Positions 27,809-39,319 of a stretch of 64,000 bases of DNA are shown in pieces. Below the pieces are notes generated by a model, which was not told where the DNA came from, made no database searches, and worked only from the letters and a program-made list of their open reading frames with translations. Where the stretch lies: NCBI RefSeq assembly GCF_001194135.2, contig NC_068990.1, positions 81,761,809 through 81,825,808 of the forward strand, read 5' to 3'. This DNA comes from Octopus bimaculoides. Its lineage: Eukaryota. How positions within the stretch are numbered: the first letter of the stretch is position 1; each line of letters begins with the position of its first letter. A program made the translations under genes and the position numbers.

Positions 27809-28019
27809 TCATTTTCGATGCAAATTCCTGATTCATGAGAAAAGAATATAGTTAACTATTGGTTAAATTACATTTTAAAAATAGGCTCTGTGGGTGGCTC
27901 ATTGATAATTTTATTTGAAATATCTTTGATTCCTTTTCTATTGTATTGATAGCTCGGTTTAAAATTTTTTGTTTTCAATTTGCAGTAAGGTAAATTTCTG
28001 CTAATTTCGACTCTGCGCA

Positions 28020-28057
<38 letters not shown>

Positions 28058-28327
28058 AAAGAGAGAAAGGTGATTTTTATGTAGTTGGTATTGAAGAAAC
28101 AAATGATACAGCAGCCACTTGCTACAACTTTTATACATCACGTTGTGTGTGCATCCTTTAGAATATTGCTGTAGCTTTCTATATATATTTGATATATTGC
28201 ACACTCATTGCCCATCTATTCTGAATGATACTGCTCGCTATATATTTAATACAGTCTATTGTATAGATAGTGCTACCTATCCATAGCTTGTTTCTATCTA
28301 TCTATCGATCTATCTATCTATATATAT

Positions 28328-28491
28328 NNNNNNNNNNNNNNNNNNNNNNNNNNNNNNNNNNNNNNNNNNNNNNNNNNNNNNNNNNNNNNNNNNNNNNNNN
28401 NNNNNNNNNNNNNNNNNNNNNNNNNNNNNNNNNNNNNNNNNNNNNNNNNNNNNNNNNNNNNNNNNNNNNNNNNNNNNNNNNNNNNNNNNNN
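28328..28491. other. Assembly gap (N run) in a (TA)n tract
   Basis: Run of N. Further gaps at 30619-30628, 37064-37073 and 45149-45176, all adjacent to (TA)n. Confidence 0.99.
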
Positions 28492-28971
28492 ATATATATA
28501 TATATATATACTCACACACACGCACGCACATATAGACACTACTTCCTCCTTTCACTGATGCTGCAGCTATATATTCTTGAAAAGCAAGCACCAATTATTG
28601 TATCGATCAAAATATTCATTCAGCACCATAATGATATTGCTGCCACTGTAGCCATCACTATAGCTTCAGTTGCTGGACCTAATCCTTGATAACACCTACT
28701 TTTTCCTCCCTGCTGCGTTGCTGTCCTGGTTCCTTACTCTGTTACATTAACCACAGAATTGCTGTGATTATTTTTGGTGCAAAATGCAGCAGACATATTG
28801 ATCAATTTTCTTCTGCTCTACAGGAATTTTTGATAAAGGGTTTTGTTGTTTTATTTTGTAGCATAAAAATATGTGTATGTAATTGTATATATGTATGAGT
28901 GTGATTGTATGTGTGTGTGTGTGTATTTATGCATATATGTATGTACATGTGTGTGTGTTGTCTCTCTCCAT

Positions 28972-29003
<32 letters not shown>

Positions 29004-29699
29004 TGTGTGTGTAAATTTATAGTTGCCACTTCACAATAGATACTATATAGTATTTATGGGATTTATCTCTGAAATAATTTTCATGCTATGATAGTTATTG
29101 ATGGAATTGAGTGAGGGAAAACAAACTCATAAATACATTAGAAAACAAAGACAAAAAAAAAAGAAAGAAAAATCTATAATAACCCTAATAATTTTTAATC
29201 CAAAACATGTGTAACTTCATTTACTCTTATCATTTCGTTCAAAATATTTAGTTGTGAAATATAGAATAAAAGTATATTTGTATATTCCTATAAATAATTT
29301 TATAATAACCTAGATTGTTGTTTTTATATGGTAATAATATTAATGTTAGTAGTAATAGTAGTTGTGAGAATTATTCATAATCATCTTTTTGGTTTTCTGC
29401 ATCAGAACCTCAGTAGCACACAGACAGACAGCTAGATGACTTGTTAAAATAATTCCTATTACATTATCATTATTAAATGCTACTGCCAAGAGTTACACAT
29501 TCCAGTCTTAGTTCCATGCAATAGATAGAAATTCTTCTGTCATTTGCATGAATTTCTTTAAAAATTTAGTTATTATTTTTCTCCAGATTTCTATATTTGT
29601 CTATTCATCTTCGTTTTTCATCGAGTTAGAAAAGACAATCTGAAAATACTGTATTTTAATGCTGCTATGATTTAGCAATTCAAATATTAGACATGCATA

Positions 29700-30420
29700 A
29701 AAAATGCATTCAGCTGGATCAGCTGACCTGAAAAATCAATGATGAAGGGGGAGGGGTCTGGGAATACTACCGCAACTGCCACTATCTTTTCCTTTCACTG
29801 TCCAAAGAATGTGAGGATGACTCACTCGCACAGTTGCTTTGGACATTTTCTATTTAAACACTAGCAATATCAATCAACAGCTCTACTCTTGTTCAGCTTG
29901 ATGATTTTTGCATTAATATGTTTCTGGGGTAAGAATTGACTGGAAAATATCTGAAAGAAAATCATCATTTAAGAAACACATTAAAATTATATAATAATAA
30001 TAATATTAATAATAACGATAATGATGATGATGGAAATGATAATAATCATAATAGTAATTAGTTATCCTCCATTGAAATTATTTATGTCAGTTTCTTTTTG
30101 TCTCTTAAATTAAGAACCGTCAGTGTTACTATATACGTTAAAGTAGCAATGATCAAACTGGAAATTTCTGTACGCTCTCTCAGTGTCTCTTCTCTCTAAA
30201 TTGTATTATAGCTAGATTGCTAAAGCTAGGTGCCCATGCTAAGTGGGAGAGAACAAGCAGTAGTTGGCTATCAGAAAGGAGATGCAGTATCGTTCACACA
30301 CACGTGCACGCACTGACACAAGCTCACACATTATTACTTTCTCGTTTACTGGACATATTGTTCACTACTATTATTTAACATAACCCACCACCATCACCAT
30401 ATCACATTCAATGAATTGCG
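29700..30420 (+). promoter_or_regulatory. Possible promoter and 5' exon of the LAR-like gene
   Basis: Non-repetitive sequence with paired CAGCTG E-boxes (29711, 29720), a GGGGGAGGGG tract, TGACTCA (29818), TCAGT at about 30120, and the donor-like GCG|GTAAAT at 30420/30421. No transcript evidence. Confidence 0.25.
30220..30321 (+). repeat. Donor copy of a 102-bp local duplication
   Basis: Identical to 31690-31791 except for 2 substitutions (30248/31718 and 30310/31780). Confidence 0.92.
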
Positions 30421-30571
30421 GTAAATAGTAGCAGTTATTTGTGTATTTCTTCAATAAACGAATTGGTTTTATATATGTTTGTGCGTGTGTGTGCTGACAG
30501 ATATTTAGGAGTATTTTATGTATCAATAAGAGCAGGAATATTATTTGTGATTTCTATTGATATGAAAGATT

Positions 30572-30618
<47 letters not shown>

Positions 30619-31529
30619 NNNNNNNNNNGATAGTGGATTTTCATCGATGAGTTCTTGAAACTTGGTTATTTCCCCTAAAACTATATATTTTATATATATA
30701 TATATATATATATGTATAAACCTTACAATCTGTCTTTCTTTCTCTCTCTTCTTACCATTTCCTCTCTATCTATATATGTGTGTGCATATGCTTGTATGAA
30801 TATGAAATGAATATTTATAAACAAAACAGCCAAATCTTGTGAAAAATGAGTGGCACCTAAAATTGTATTTATTTCTTGTATGTATCTATTTCCTGTAAGT
30901 ATATGACTTGTGTGTAATTATGTGTGTATTAGCATGTGTATCATTTCACAGACTGTAAGTATGCAGTGTCCCTTCATGTTACAATAACTACAATGGTTAA
31001 CAGGAAGGGCATCAAACTGTAAAACATTGTCTCAGAAAAGCCATCAAACCCATGCCAGCATAAAGTAGCAGGCATAAACTAATGATGATAAACTAATAAT
31101 GTTGAGTACTGAAAATCCTGGCAAAATACAATAAGTCGAATACGAGATAGACGAAGTATACATGCGTATACGTAATAATGTATATATAGATATATGAAGA
31201 TATCTGTGTATATAGAATGAAGTCTGTACATGCATATGCATTTATATGCTGAGTCAGTTCATACTGTGGTTAATAGGGGCAGCAATAAACATAATCATAC
31301 CCTAATCATATACATCATGAGTGAGCCTGCTCCTCTCCTACATATACCATCAAGAACTTCTAAACTTAGTATTAACATTTTAGAGTGCTGTATATGCTCT
31401 TGACTACATATTTTAAACTATTTTAGTGTTGAGGATCTAGGCCACAAGAACAAAAACAAGGAGTGACTCTATAAAAAAAGGCTTTTGTGACTGTTTTTAC
31501 AGTATTCCACAGGCATGCCTGTTTAATAG

Positions 31530-32035
31530 CTGCAGGTATGGCTATGAAAAGCTTCTTTCTCAACTCTCTAGCTTCAGATTCAGTCCTAGTGTGTAACACT
31601 TAGGGTGAGCGTCTTGTAGTGTAACCCCCAGGTCTTGTTAATGAATTTGAAAGACAGACTCTGAAAGGAGTGGATTTGGTAGATGGAAACTAAAGCTAGG
31701 TGCCCATGCTAAGTGGGGGAGAACAAGCAGTAGTTGGCTATCAGAAAGGAGATGCAGTATCGTTCACACACACGTGCACACACTGACACAAACACACACA
31801 AGCCTGTCATATATATATATATATGTATATATATATGTTTGTGTGTCTGTATATATATGTTTGTCCCCCCTCCACCTGATTTTGGTGTGTTTTTGTCCCT
31901 GTAACTTAGCGGTTCAGCAAGAGAGACCAATAGAATAAGTTCTAGGTTTACAATGAATAAGTCCTGAGGTTGATCTGTTTGACTAAAGGCGGTGCTCCAG
32001 CATGGCCACAGTCAAATGACTGAAACAAATAAAAG
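31530..32035 (+). mobile_element. SINE family A interrupted by the duplicated segment
   Basis: gagtggatttggtagatggaaac-[insert]-agcctgtcat, whereas the 24121-24200 copy reads ...ggaaactgaaagaagcctgtcat in reverse complement. Confidence 0.8.
31690..31791 (+). repeat. Inserted copy of the 102-bp local duplication
   Basis: Direct repeat of 30220-30321, offset by 1470 bp. Confidence 0.92.
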
Positions 32036-32099
32036 AATATAATTAGAGCAGCTACTACTGTAGTTCCAGGTGAAGAGTGGGATAAGTGTATGAATATGA

Positions 32100-33300
32100 G
32101 TTACTGTGAAGGCTTGATGCAGATTCATACAAATTATGATATGCTTTTAAGGACTCCAGTTTTGCTGAGTTGGACTTGTCTTCTTGAACATCACTACTTT
32201 GCTCCATGTCTTCCTGGGTATCTTTCTTCCATTAGTTTCTGCCACATTTAGTAATACACATATCACATGACCATACCTGTGCAGTGTTTTCTCTTGCACA
32301 CTCAATTTGATGCCTTTTAAGCTCAGTTTTCCTCTCAACGCATTTGCACTTTGTTGTACAAGCACACTGATGTCACACATCCAGAAGAGTATTCTAACTT
32401 CAATTCTTTCTAATCCGCACATATCCTCTGCATTCATAACCCATGTTTCATTACTATGTAGCATTGCTGTTTGTTTCACTGACATCATACAATCTGCTTT
32501 TCACCTTGAAGGGGCAACTTTTTGTTAGCAACAGTGGTAACAGCTCTGTGGACTTTCTCTGGCAGGTTCACATTCTAGCAACTATACTTTCAAAACATCC
32601 CCATCCACTGCTAATTAGTTTACCATGGTAACAGAAACAATCTACTTCTAAGGATTCTCCTGGTCATTCATGAAGATGTGAACGTGGCCGTTGCCAGTAC
32701 CACCTGACTGGCCTTCGTGCGGGTGACATGTAAAAGCACCCACTACACTCTCTGAGTGGTTGGCGTTAGGAAGGGCATCCAGCTGTAGAAACTCTGCCAA
32801 ATCAGATTGGAGCCTGGTGTAGCCATCTGGGTCACCAGTACTCAGTCAAACCGTCCAACCCATGCTAGCATGGAAAGCGGACGTTAAACGATGATGATGA
32901 TGATAGTGTTCTTAGTGTTTAGTGCACCGTCCATCTACCACAAACGAAGTCCACGTTCTGTGTTAACCTCCCTGTGATTCCACTGCATCTCTTGTGGTGT
33001 GTGTCCTTAGTTTGCACTGGATACACTATATGGAATTATTATCTACACCATTTTTTCATATTGAGCAGGGTCCTTTTCCTGACAGGATTAACATACTGTC
33101 TGTTTTCCTGCTTATCAGAACTTTGGTCTTCTCCAAATTAACTGAGGTCCTTGAACTCCAGATTTTTACCTCCACATATGGAAATTTTTTGGAATTCTAC
33201 AACAGATTCAGCTATAAAAACAAAATCATCAGCATAAAAAAAGTTCCCACAGACAACTACTCTTAAATTCCTCTGTTAGGACCTTCATAAATTGAGAAAC
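32100..33300 (-). mobile_element. Degraded RTE-clade LINE (RT to C-terminus), split by a SINE
   Basis: Minus strand: CLWELF-YADDF at about 33222-33255 (one extra T), a HKRCSG zinc-knuckle remnant at about 32985, and AMLHSNETW...ERIEVRILFWMCDIS...LREKL-like...YGHV in ORF 32147-32488. Confidence 0.85.
32655..32905 (+). mobile_element. RTE-tail SINE nested in the RTE relic
   Basis: Ends acgttaaacgatgatgatgatgat; reverse complement of the 4031-4310 family. Confidence 0.8.
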
Positions 33301-33653
33301 CTGACAGCTGAGTCCTACTGAACTCCTACTCATGTACTAAATTCATCAATGTACTTTTTGTTAACTTTCACCTTACTGACTGTACATGGCTTGGATGGTT
33401 ACCCCAAACTCACCTTCTACCTGCCACTGCTGTCACCGACCAATGGACAAAACTTGAGTTTGATGTCATTTAAGTGTGTATGTAAAGTATTACACATGAT
33501 TCACAAGTTCCAAGGTTTTGCCTCACTGTGTTGAATCTTGAGCAATGTATTTTAGTTTAGCTTCAGGTTAACCAATGCTTTATGAATGAAACTGACAGAA
33601 ACTGCATGGAAGCCTGTCAGATAGACTATGCCTATAATTTAAAGGTCTAATCT

Positions 33654-34037
33654 GTTGTTGGCACTCCATCGCTTACGACGTCGAGGCTTCCAGTTGATCC
33701 GATCAATGGAACAGCCTGCTCGTGAAATTAACGTGCAAGTGGCTGAGCACTCCACAGGCACGTGTACCCTTAACGTAGTTCCCGGGGATATTCAGCGTGA
33801 CACAGTGTGACAAGGCTGACCCTTTGAATTACAGGCACAACAGAAACAGGAAGTAAGAGTGAGAGAAAGTTGTGGTGAAAGAGTATAGCAGGGTTTGCCA
33901 CCATTCCCTGCCAGAGATTCATGGAGCTTTAGGTGTTTTCGCTCAATAAATACACACAATGCCCGACCTGGGAATCGAAACGACGATCCTATGACCACAA
34001 GTCCGCTGCCCTAACCACTGGGCCATTGCGCCTCCAC
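33654..34037 (-). mobile_element. Full-length tRNA-derived SINE family D with target-site duplication
   Basis: 13-bp TSD AAAGGTCTAATCT at 33641-33653 and 34038-34050. A box TGGCCCAGTGG (34015-25) and B box GTTTCGATTCC (33971-81) on the minus strand. Confidence 0.9.
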
Positions 34038-34742
34038 AAAGGTCTAATCTAATCACATTGTATGATACTAATTCTTCTTGAAAATTGTATTAATGGTGTA
34101 GTTGTCTGAGTTGGTTGGTGTGTCATATGTATGTGCATCTGGATAAGCTTACCTTTGTGTAGTAGGTGCGCATACTTTAATGCACAAGTGTGTGTGTGAT
34201 TTATGTGTGGATATGTGATTGTGTGCATGTTTGTAATCGAGGAACCTCAAATTGAGAATCTCTGGAATGTTCTATGAATATGTTTGTGTAGATTTATATG
34301 TATACAATATATTTATAAAATAAAATATTGATGTCATAAGAATTTACAAACTTTCAAGCGAATGTGAAACAATCCTTTTTTGGAAAAGTGGATCTTAAAA
34401 GACACATGAAGCTAAAAAATTATAGCATGTAATTGGATAGAAAAAATTGAAGGCTGCCCATTGATATTTGATCCACATCTGTAGACATGATAGGCGTTCT
34501 ACCAAATGAAGCCTTTGACTTTTTCTACCCAGAAAAGCCTTTATTCAACCCATTATTTACATGTTATTATTTACTTGCTATAGTGGTATGTGATGTACCT
34601 CGAGAGCCATTGTTCCAAAAAAGAATTGTGCACGTGTGTGTGTGCGCATATATATGTGTATGGATGTCTTGTGAGTTGGTGACCTCACTTGTGTTGGTGC
34701 CATGTGATAAGCACGCAGTAGACCCTGTGAAGTACCTAGCAG

Positions 34743-34809
34743 CCATCTGTAGAAGGACATCCATCTGTAGAAGGACATCCATCTGTAGAAGGACATCCAT
34801 CTGTAGAAG
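34743..34809. repeat. 18-bp tandem repeat (CCATCTGTAGAAGGACAT), about 3.7 copies, within an RTE-tail SINE remnant
   Basis: Exact tandem copies; the unit resembles the gggcatccagctgtagaa segment at about 32770. Confidence 0.9.
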
Positions 34810-36989
34810 CCATGCCAAAGCACAGAGTCCTCTGCTCATCAGCTCCTGAGAAACCATAGAAACTGAATGTTACATGATGATAATAAATGTATTTATATAT
34901 ATTTCTGAAAGACCACAAGGGAAGATACCTTTCATTGTCAGCCTAAAATACTTTTTGTTTTTGAATATAATGTCTAATTGCATAGTGTGTCTATAACCAC
35001 CACAGTCACATCCAGTGTGCATATAGTATGGTGTCTTAAATGCCATTTCAATTCACATTGTTACTTCTATGCAAGTTGGTGTTGCACATCTTGCAGATCA
35101 TACTCCTGTGGTTTTTGAAGAATTCTGTTTCTGCATATGTGTGTGTGTGTGTGTGGGTAAATATAGAGTTCCGTGCAAAACTTAAAAGTGCACTTCAAGT
35201 ATTTTTCTGAACCCTTGGGAAAGACATGTATATTGCAATATTCCAAGTCCTTCTCTAATTCTGAATCGTTTTGTCTGTTTAAGAAGGAATCATTTATTTC
35301 AAATTGTACGATGGGGAGCAAAAATTTTACCCACTAAATATTTTTTTTTTTACTTGCTGGAAGTTATTGTGTTTTTGTTTTGAGGGGCAGTTAGGTTCCT
35401 TTTCTTTGCAACATGGCTTTTCTTTAACTCAATTTGTGTTTGCAAATCTTTTTAATTGATAAATAAGGAAATATATTGTACATGTGAAAATGCACTTATA
35501 TTGTGACAATATAAACATTCATGCAACAGAAACCTTGAACCTCAAGACAGGCATTTTCTCTTTGAGGTACATCACTTCCACCACTTAAAATATCTACTGT
35601 CACTCTGTTTTACAGATCACAGGTATTCTCCATGCTGTAGATCTGTTCAGATACATGGCAGCTATATTATTATTGTCATTGTTGTCATGTCACCAGGGAC
35701 AAGATATTTGGCTTGAACTGCACTGCATTTCATTTGGCCTGCCTCTTGTTGCAACTGGTGCTTTAAGCCTTAGTGAGAACAGTTATGGTAGTGAATGTTG
35801 GTGGTTTAGAAGCTGCTTGAACATAATGAAGAAAACATTGTCACTGAGAAATGCCAACCGTTTTGGTCACTCACAAAACGCTAGGCAGCATCTGAGAATA
35901 CCAGTTTCTCAGATACTGGTATCATGTCTTCTCACTATTTCTTTTACCAAAGTATGTTTGGTACATTTAAGGTTCCTTTCCATGTAAACCCACTGAAATT
36001 TCTTTTTATTACAATCTCCTTCCTTTCCTTGCCTTGATAAAAGAAAATATTTTATTTCATTCTTCTTATTTATTTACCTTTTTCTTCTTAACTGTCTCCC
36101 ATAGCAACTCCCCCTCTCTTCCAATATTTTCCTGATAATTACTAACTGAAAAGTTGAAGTTAAATGTTTATTGAATTGATATTTAACTTTATCTAAACGT
36201 TAGTTTAGTTGATCCCCAATCACAGTTCTTCAGTTCTCAGCGACCCCTTTTATACATTCACTGCACAAATATGAAAGAAATGTTGGTACAGCCATCTTCC
36301 CTTTTTTTTTCATTTTGCTATCACTCATAACTTTGTTATCGAATCTTTCTTTGTCACCTTGTTACTCCAAAGAGAAAGCATGGGGTATTTTACTATTCAT
36401 TTGTAAATAGAAAAAGTACCTCTCTCAAAGCAGAAAGCCACTACTCTTTAAATCAATCAGTTGAAACAAATCACATATTCATATATAACATCACGTTACT
36501 AATACTTTGTCATATGTATTACATATTCAGGTGCTAACTTAACCAACATCCGGTATATCAGCTATTTAACACGTAAGTATGCATGGTCAGCATTAGAGAA
36601 GCAACTAAAATAAAATATTAAGCTATAGACGATAATAGCCCTATTCAGTTATCCCATTAGTTACTCAGGAACATCATTTTAGTTAATATATTAATTATAT
36701 TCCATTATTTTCCTTTTGCAAAAATTTAGGTCATATATAAACAATGAAAAATGCAATTAACTGAAGTTTCTTCAAACATTTATTATTGTTAAGTATAATA
36801 AACTTTTTCTTTTTGGGTGGTAGGGTTGGGTTTGATAGTTTCCAGCTGATGATAGCATATTTTACCACAAGAATTCAAAATGGAAAAGATTTGATTCCAA
36901 GTAATTTAAAGTTTTCATATCTTATGCTTTTTTCGAGCTAAAATAATCTGGTTTACTTTAGATAGTTGAACTACAGACCCATATGTGTA

Positions 36990-37031
<42 letters not shown>

Positions 37032-37876
37032 TGTGTGTGTGTGTATATGTGTACATATATATGNNNNNNNNNNTATATATATATATATATATGCACACAT
37101 ACATACATACGCACACATACATACGCACACACACACATACACATGCATACATAATGTTCAATCCTTATTTGGAAAAGCTATGGTTGAATTTTGTAATGCT
37201 GTCCATTGTAAGGCCTCCATTTAACATATTAATGTTTGGATATTAGACAACTAAGTTGGATATAGGTGATTGTAAATAATGTTTATTTTTCTCAACTCCT
37301 CTTCATAAATTTGCTGACCAAAAATATGAACTCCAAAACTTTTTCCCATCTAAAAATACTGTCATTTCTTTCAGTTCTTTTGAATGTATTTTGAAATATT
37401 GCTAATTGAAACCAATTTTGCAACCAAAATAAACAGATTTTGCAATTTCAGATACCCAACTTATTCGTCTAATATTGTATGTGTTTTTTTTTTATTATCA
37501 TTATAGTTTCAGTTAAGTATTAAATAGCTGTTTTTGTTGCCACAAATTCAGTGATTAAAATTTTTGTTATATCTTAAAAAAATAACGTGTAATAACTGTA
37601 TACCTAAAGATCAACATTGTCAATGTTTTTAGTAAATTCTCTGAAAGTTTTTTTTGTAGTAATAAATTCTAGACAATGTTAGCAAAAGATTTTTTTGACT
37701 TGAACTTCAGTTATTTCATGATATTGCCTAAGATTTAACAAAAATTTTAGTTGGTGTATTTGTGTGCTTCAGTTTATTTTACTTTCCTTTACTTTTTTCA
37801 TTTTTGGTGTTAAGTTGTTTGTTCATATTCTGGTTAATGGATTAGAAATATTAAGAATCTCCTTTGTTTCTTGCAG

Positions 37877-38170
37877 ATCCACCAAAAATTACACTTGCTC
37901 CAAAAAACCAAAGAGTGGCCGAAGAAAAAATTGTAAGCTTTTTTTGTAAAGCTTCTGGAAATCCTGGCCCATCATTTTCATGGAGAAAAGGAAGTCGGCG
38001 CATTAGTATAAATAGAAACCGTTTGGTTATAAAGGAAATGCCACATGGGTCTGTATTGAGAATTGAGCCAGTTAAAAAAAAGGATGCCGGTAGTTATTAT
38101 TGCATTGCTGACAATGGTATAGGAGCAAAAGCTAAGGCAAATGCCACTTTGGAAGTCTTTTCAAAAATAG
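37877..38170 (+). CDS. Lar: Internal exon encoding Ig-I domain 1 of a LAR-family (type IIa) receptor protein tyrosine phosphatase
   Basis: Acceptor ctcctttgtttcttgcAG, donor G|GTGAGT; 294 nt, phase 1 at both ends. (D)PPKITLAPKNQRVAEEKIVSFFCKASGNPGPSFSWRKGSRRI...GSVLRIEPVKKKDAGSYYCIADNGIG...ATLEVF has the Ig C-W-C core and parallels recalled Drosophila Lar Ig1 (PP...PQNQ...SFYC.A.G.P.P.I.WRK...LRIEPV...YEC.AENG.G...A.L). Gene identity rests on one domain. Confidence 0.85.
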
Positions 38171-39319
38171 GTGAGTGATATTTTTTATAAATATGCAAAT
38201 TTTCTTCTTGCGAAAGATTTTTAAAAAAAACTTTCTTTGTAAAATGATTGAAAATAGTTCTTGGATGTAAGTTTATTTGTGTAGTATAGAAAAAGTTTGT
38301 CAGAAACTTTTAGATTTTTAGAGAAATAAAGAAAATGTAATAATAATAATAATAATAATAATAGTAATAATAATTGATGTCTTGGCAGGAAAGATTTAAA
38401 TACATTTGTGTTGAAAGAATTTGGAAAACCAATCAGCTGGGATATACATGATGAATATTTTATGTGAAACAAATGATTTTTCTTAGAATCTTTGACAATT
38501 CAATATTGTCTGTGATGGAAGATATGTGAACAAAAGTAGATTTTCTGAAGAAAAAAAAAATATGCTATATTGTATTGACAGTTTATTTAAGATATAATAA
38601 AACAAAGTGTATCTATCAAGATATGAAAAAGTAACTATTATTGCAAGTTTAGAAGTAATTAAGTTCTGTGAAGTCTATCACTTTTGAGAGTCATATGTAA
38701 ATATTAAATTTTAATATTCACTAATTGAAAAATACCTTTTTTTTTAAGATTCATTCTTTTCAGGAATATTTGATGGCCTTTTTTTTTTTTTTTTACAGAA
38801 TAATTATTTTTGTTTTGTTATGAATTTTGTTTGAATTGTTGCAAATAATAAAAAAAAAGAGAATTGTGTTCTATAATGTCAACCAATGATGCCCTCATAA
38901 GTGAATGTTTTAATGTTGCTGGCCATTCTTGATGCAATGCCATTTTTGAATTGTTCACGTTGTGAAACATTGTAAATTACATATATATTTAATTATTTAA
39001 AATTTTTTTTATTCTTTGTTACTATCATTAATATAGATTTTGAATCTTTACTTACTTTTCAAAGACATTTTCTGATATTCAGAAACCATTTAGAAAAGGA
39101 GTTAAGTAACTGTTGAAATTTGTTGTATCACAAAGAATAGAAAATAGATAGCTTACAGTAGCATCATATTACCTTGGTCTGTGATATCTTTGACACAAAC
39201 CAAATAAACTGGGGTATTTTTAATCTATGAATTTTTCTCACTCTTCTTTTTCAGAATATAGATATATAGAAATTTTTAGTGAGTAAAAGAATGTAGAATT
39301 TGTCATTCATAAACATTAT

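Noticed and set aside
28270-28689. ORFs across N runs and (TA)/(CA) tracts (also about 36900-37250, 42250-42630, 44840-45310, 59340-59600)
   Set aside because: Artefacts of microsatellites and assembly gaps.
33960-34037. tRNA gene
   Set aside because: It is the head of a TSD-flanked SINE, with no complete cloverleaf.
34487-34918. Repetitive ORFs (RRTSIC, QMDVLL) or a CRISPR-like array
   Set aside because: Head-to-tail 18-bp tandem with no spacers, inside a SINE in a eukaryotic genome.
35655-35987. ORF starting MAAILLLSLLSCHQG as the missing signal-peptide exon
   Set aside because: No GT after the hydrophobic stretch; the only phase-1 donor (CTG|GTGCTT) is weak and gives an atypical leader. 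Cannot be excluded without cDNA.
36531-36572. 42-nt in-frame exon candidate (CAG ... CAC|GTAAGT)
   Set aside because: Poor pyrimidine tract, and the peptide ANLTNIRYISYLT is neither signal-like nor LAR-like.
37864-37876. ORF-track start MFLA for the Ig protein
   Set aside because: These bases are the intron acceptor; the exon begins at 37877.
38258-38266. 9-nt micro-exon TTCTTGGAT with a GTAAGT donor
   Set aside because: The acceptor is purine-rich (TGAAAATAG) with no adjacent pyrimidine tract.
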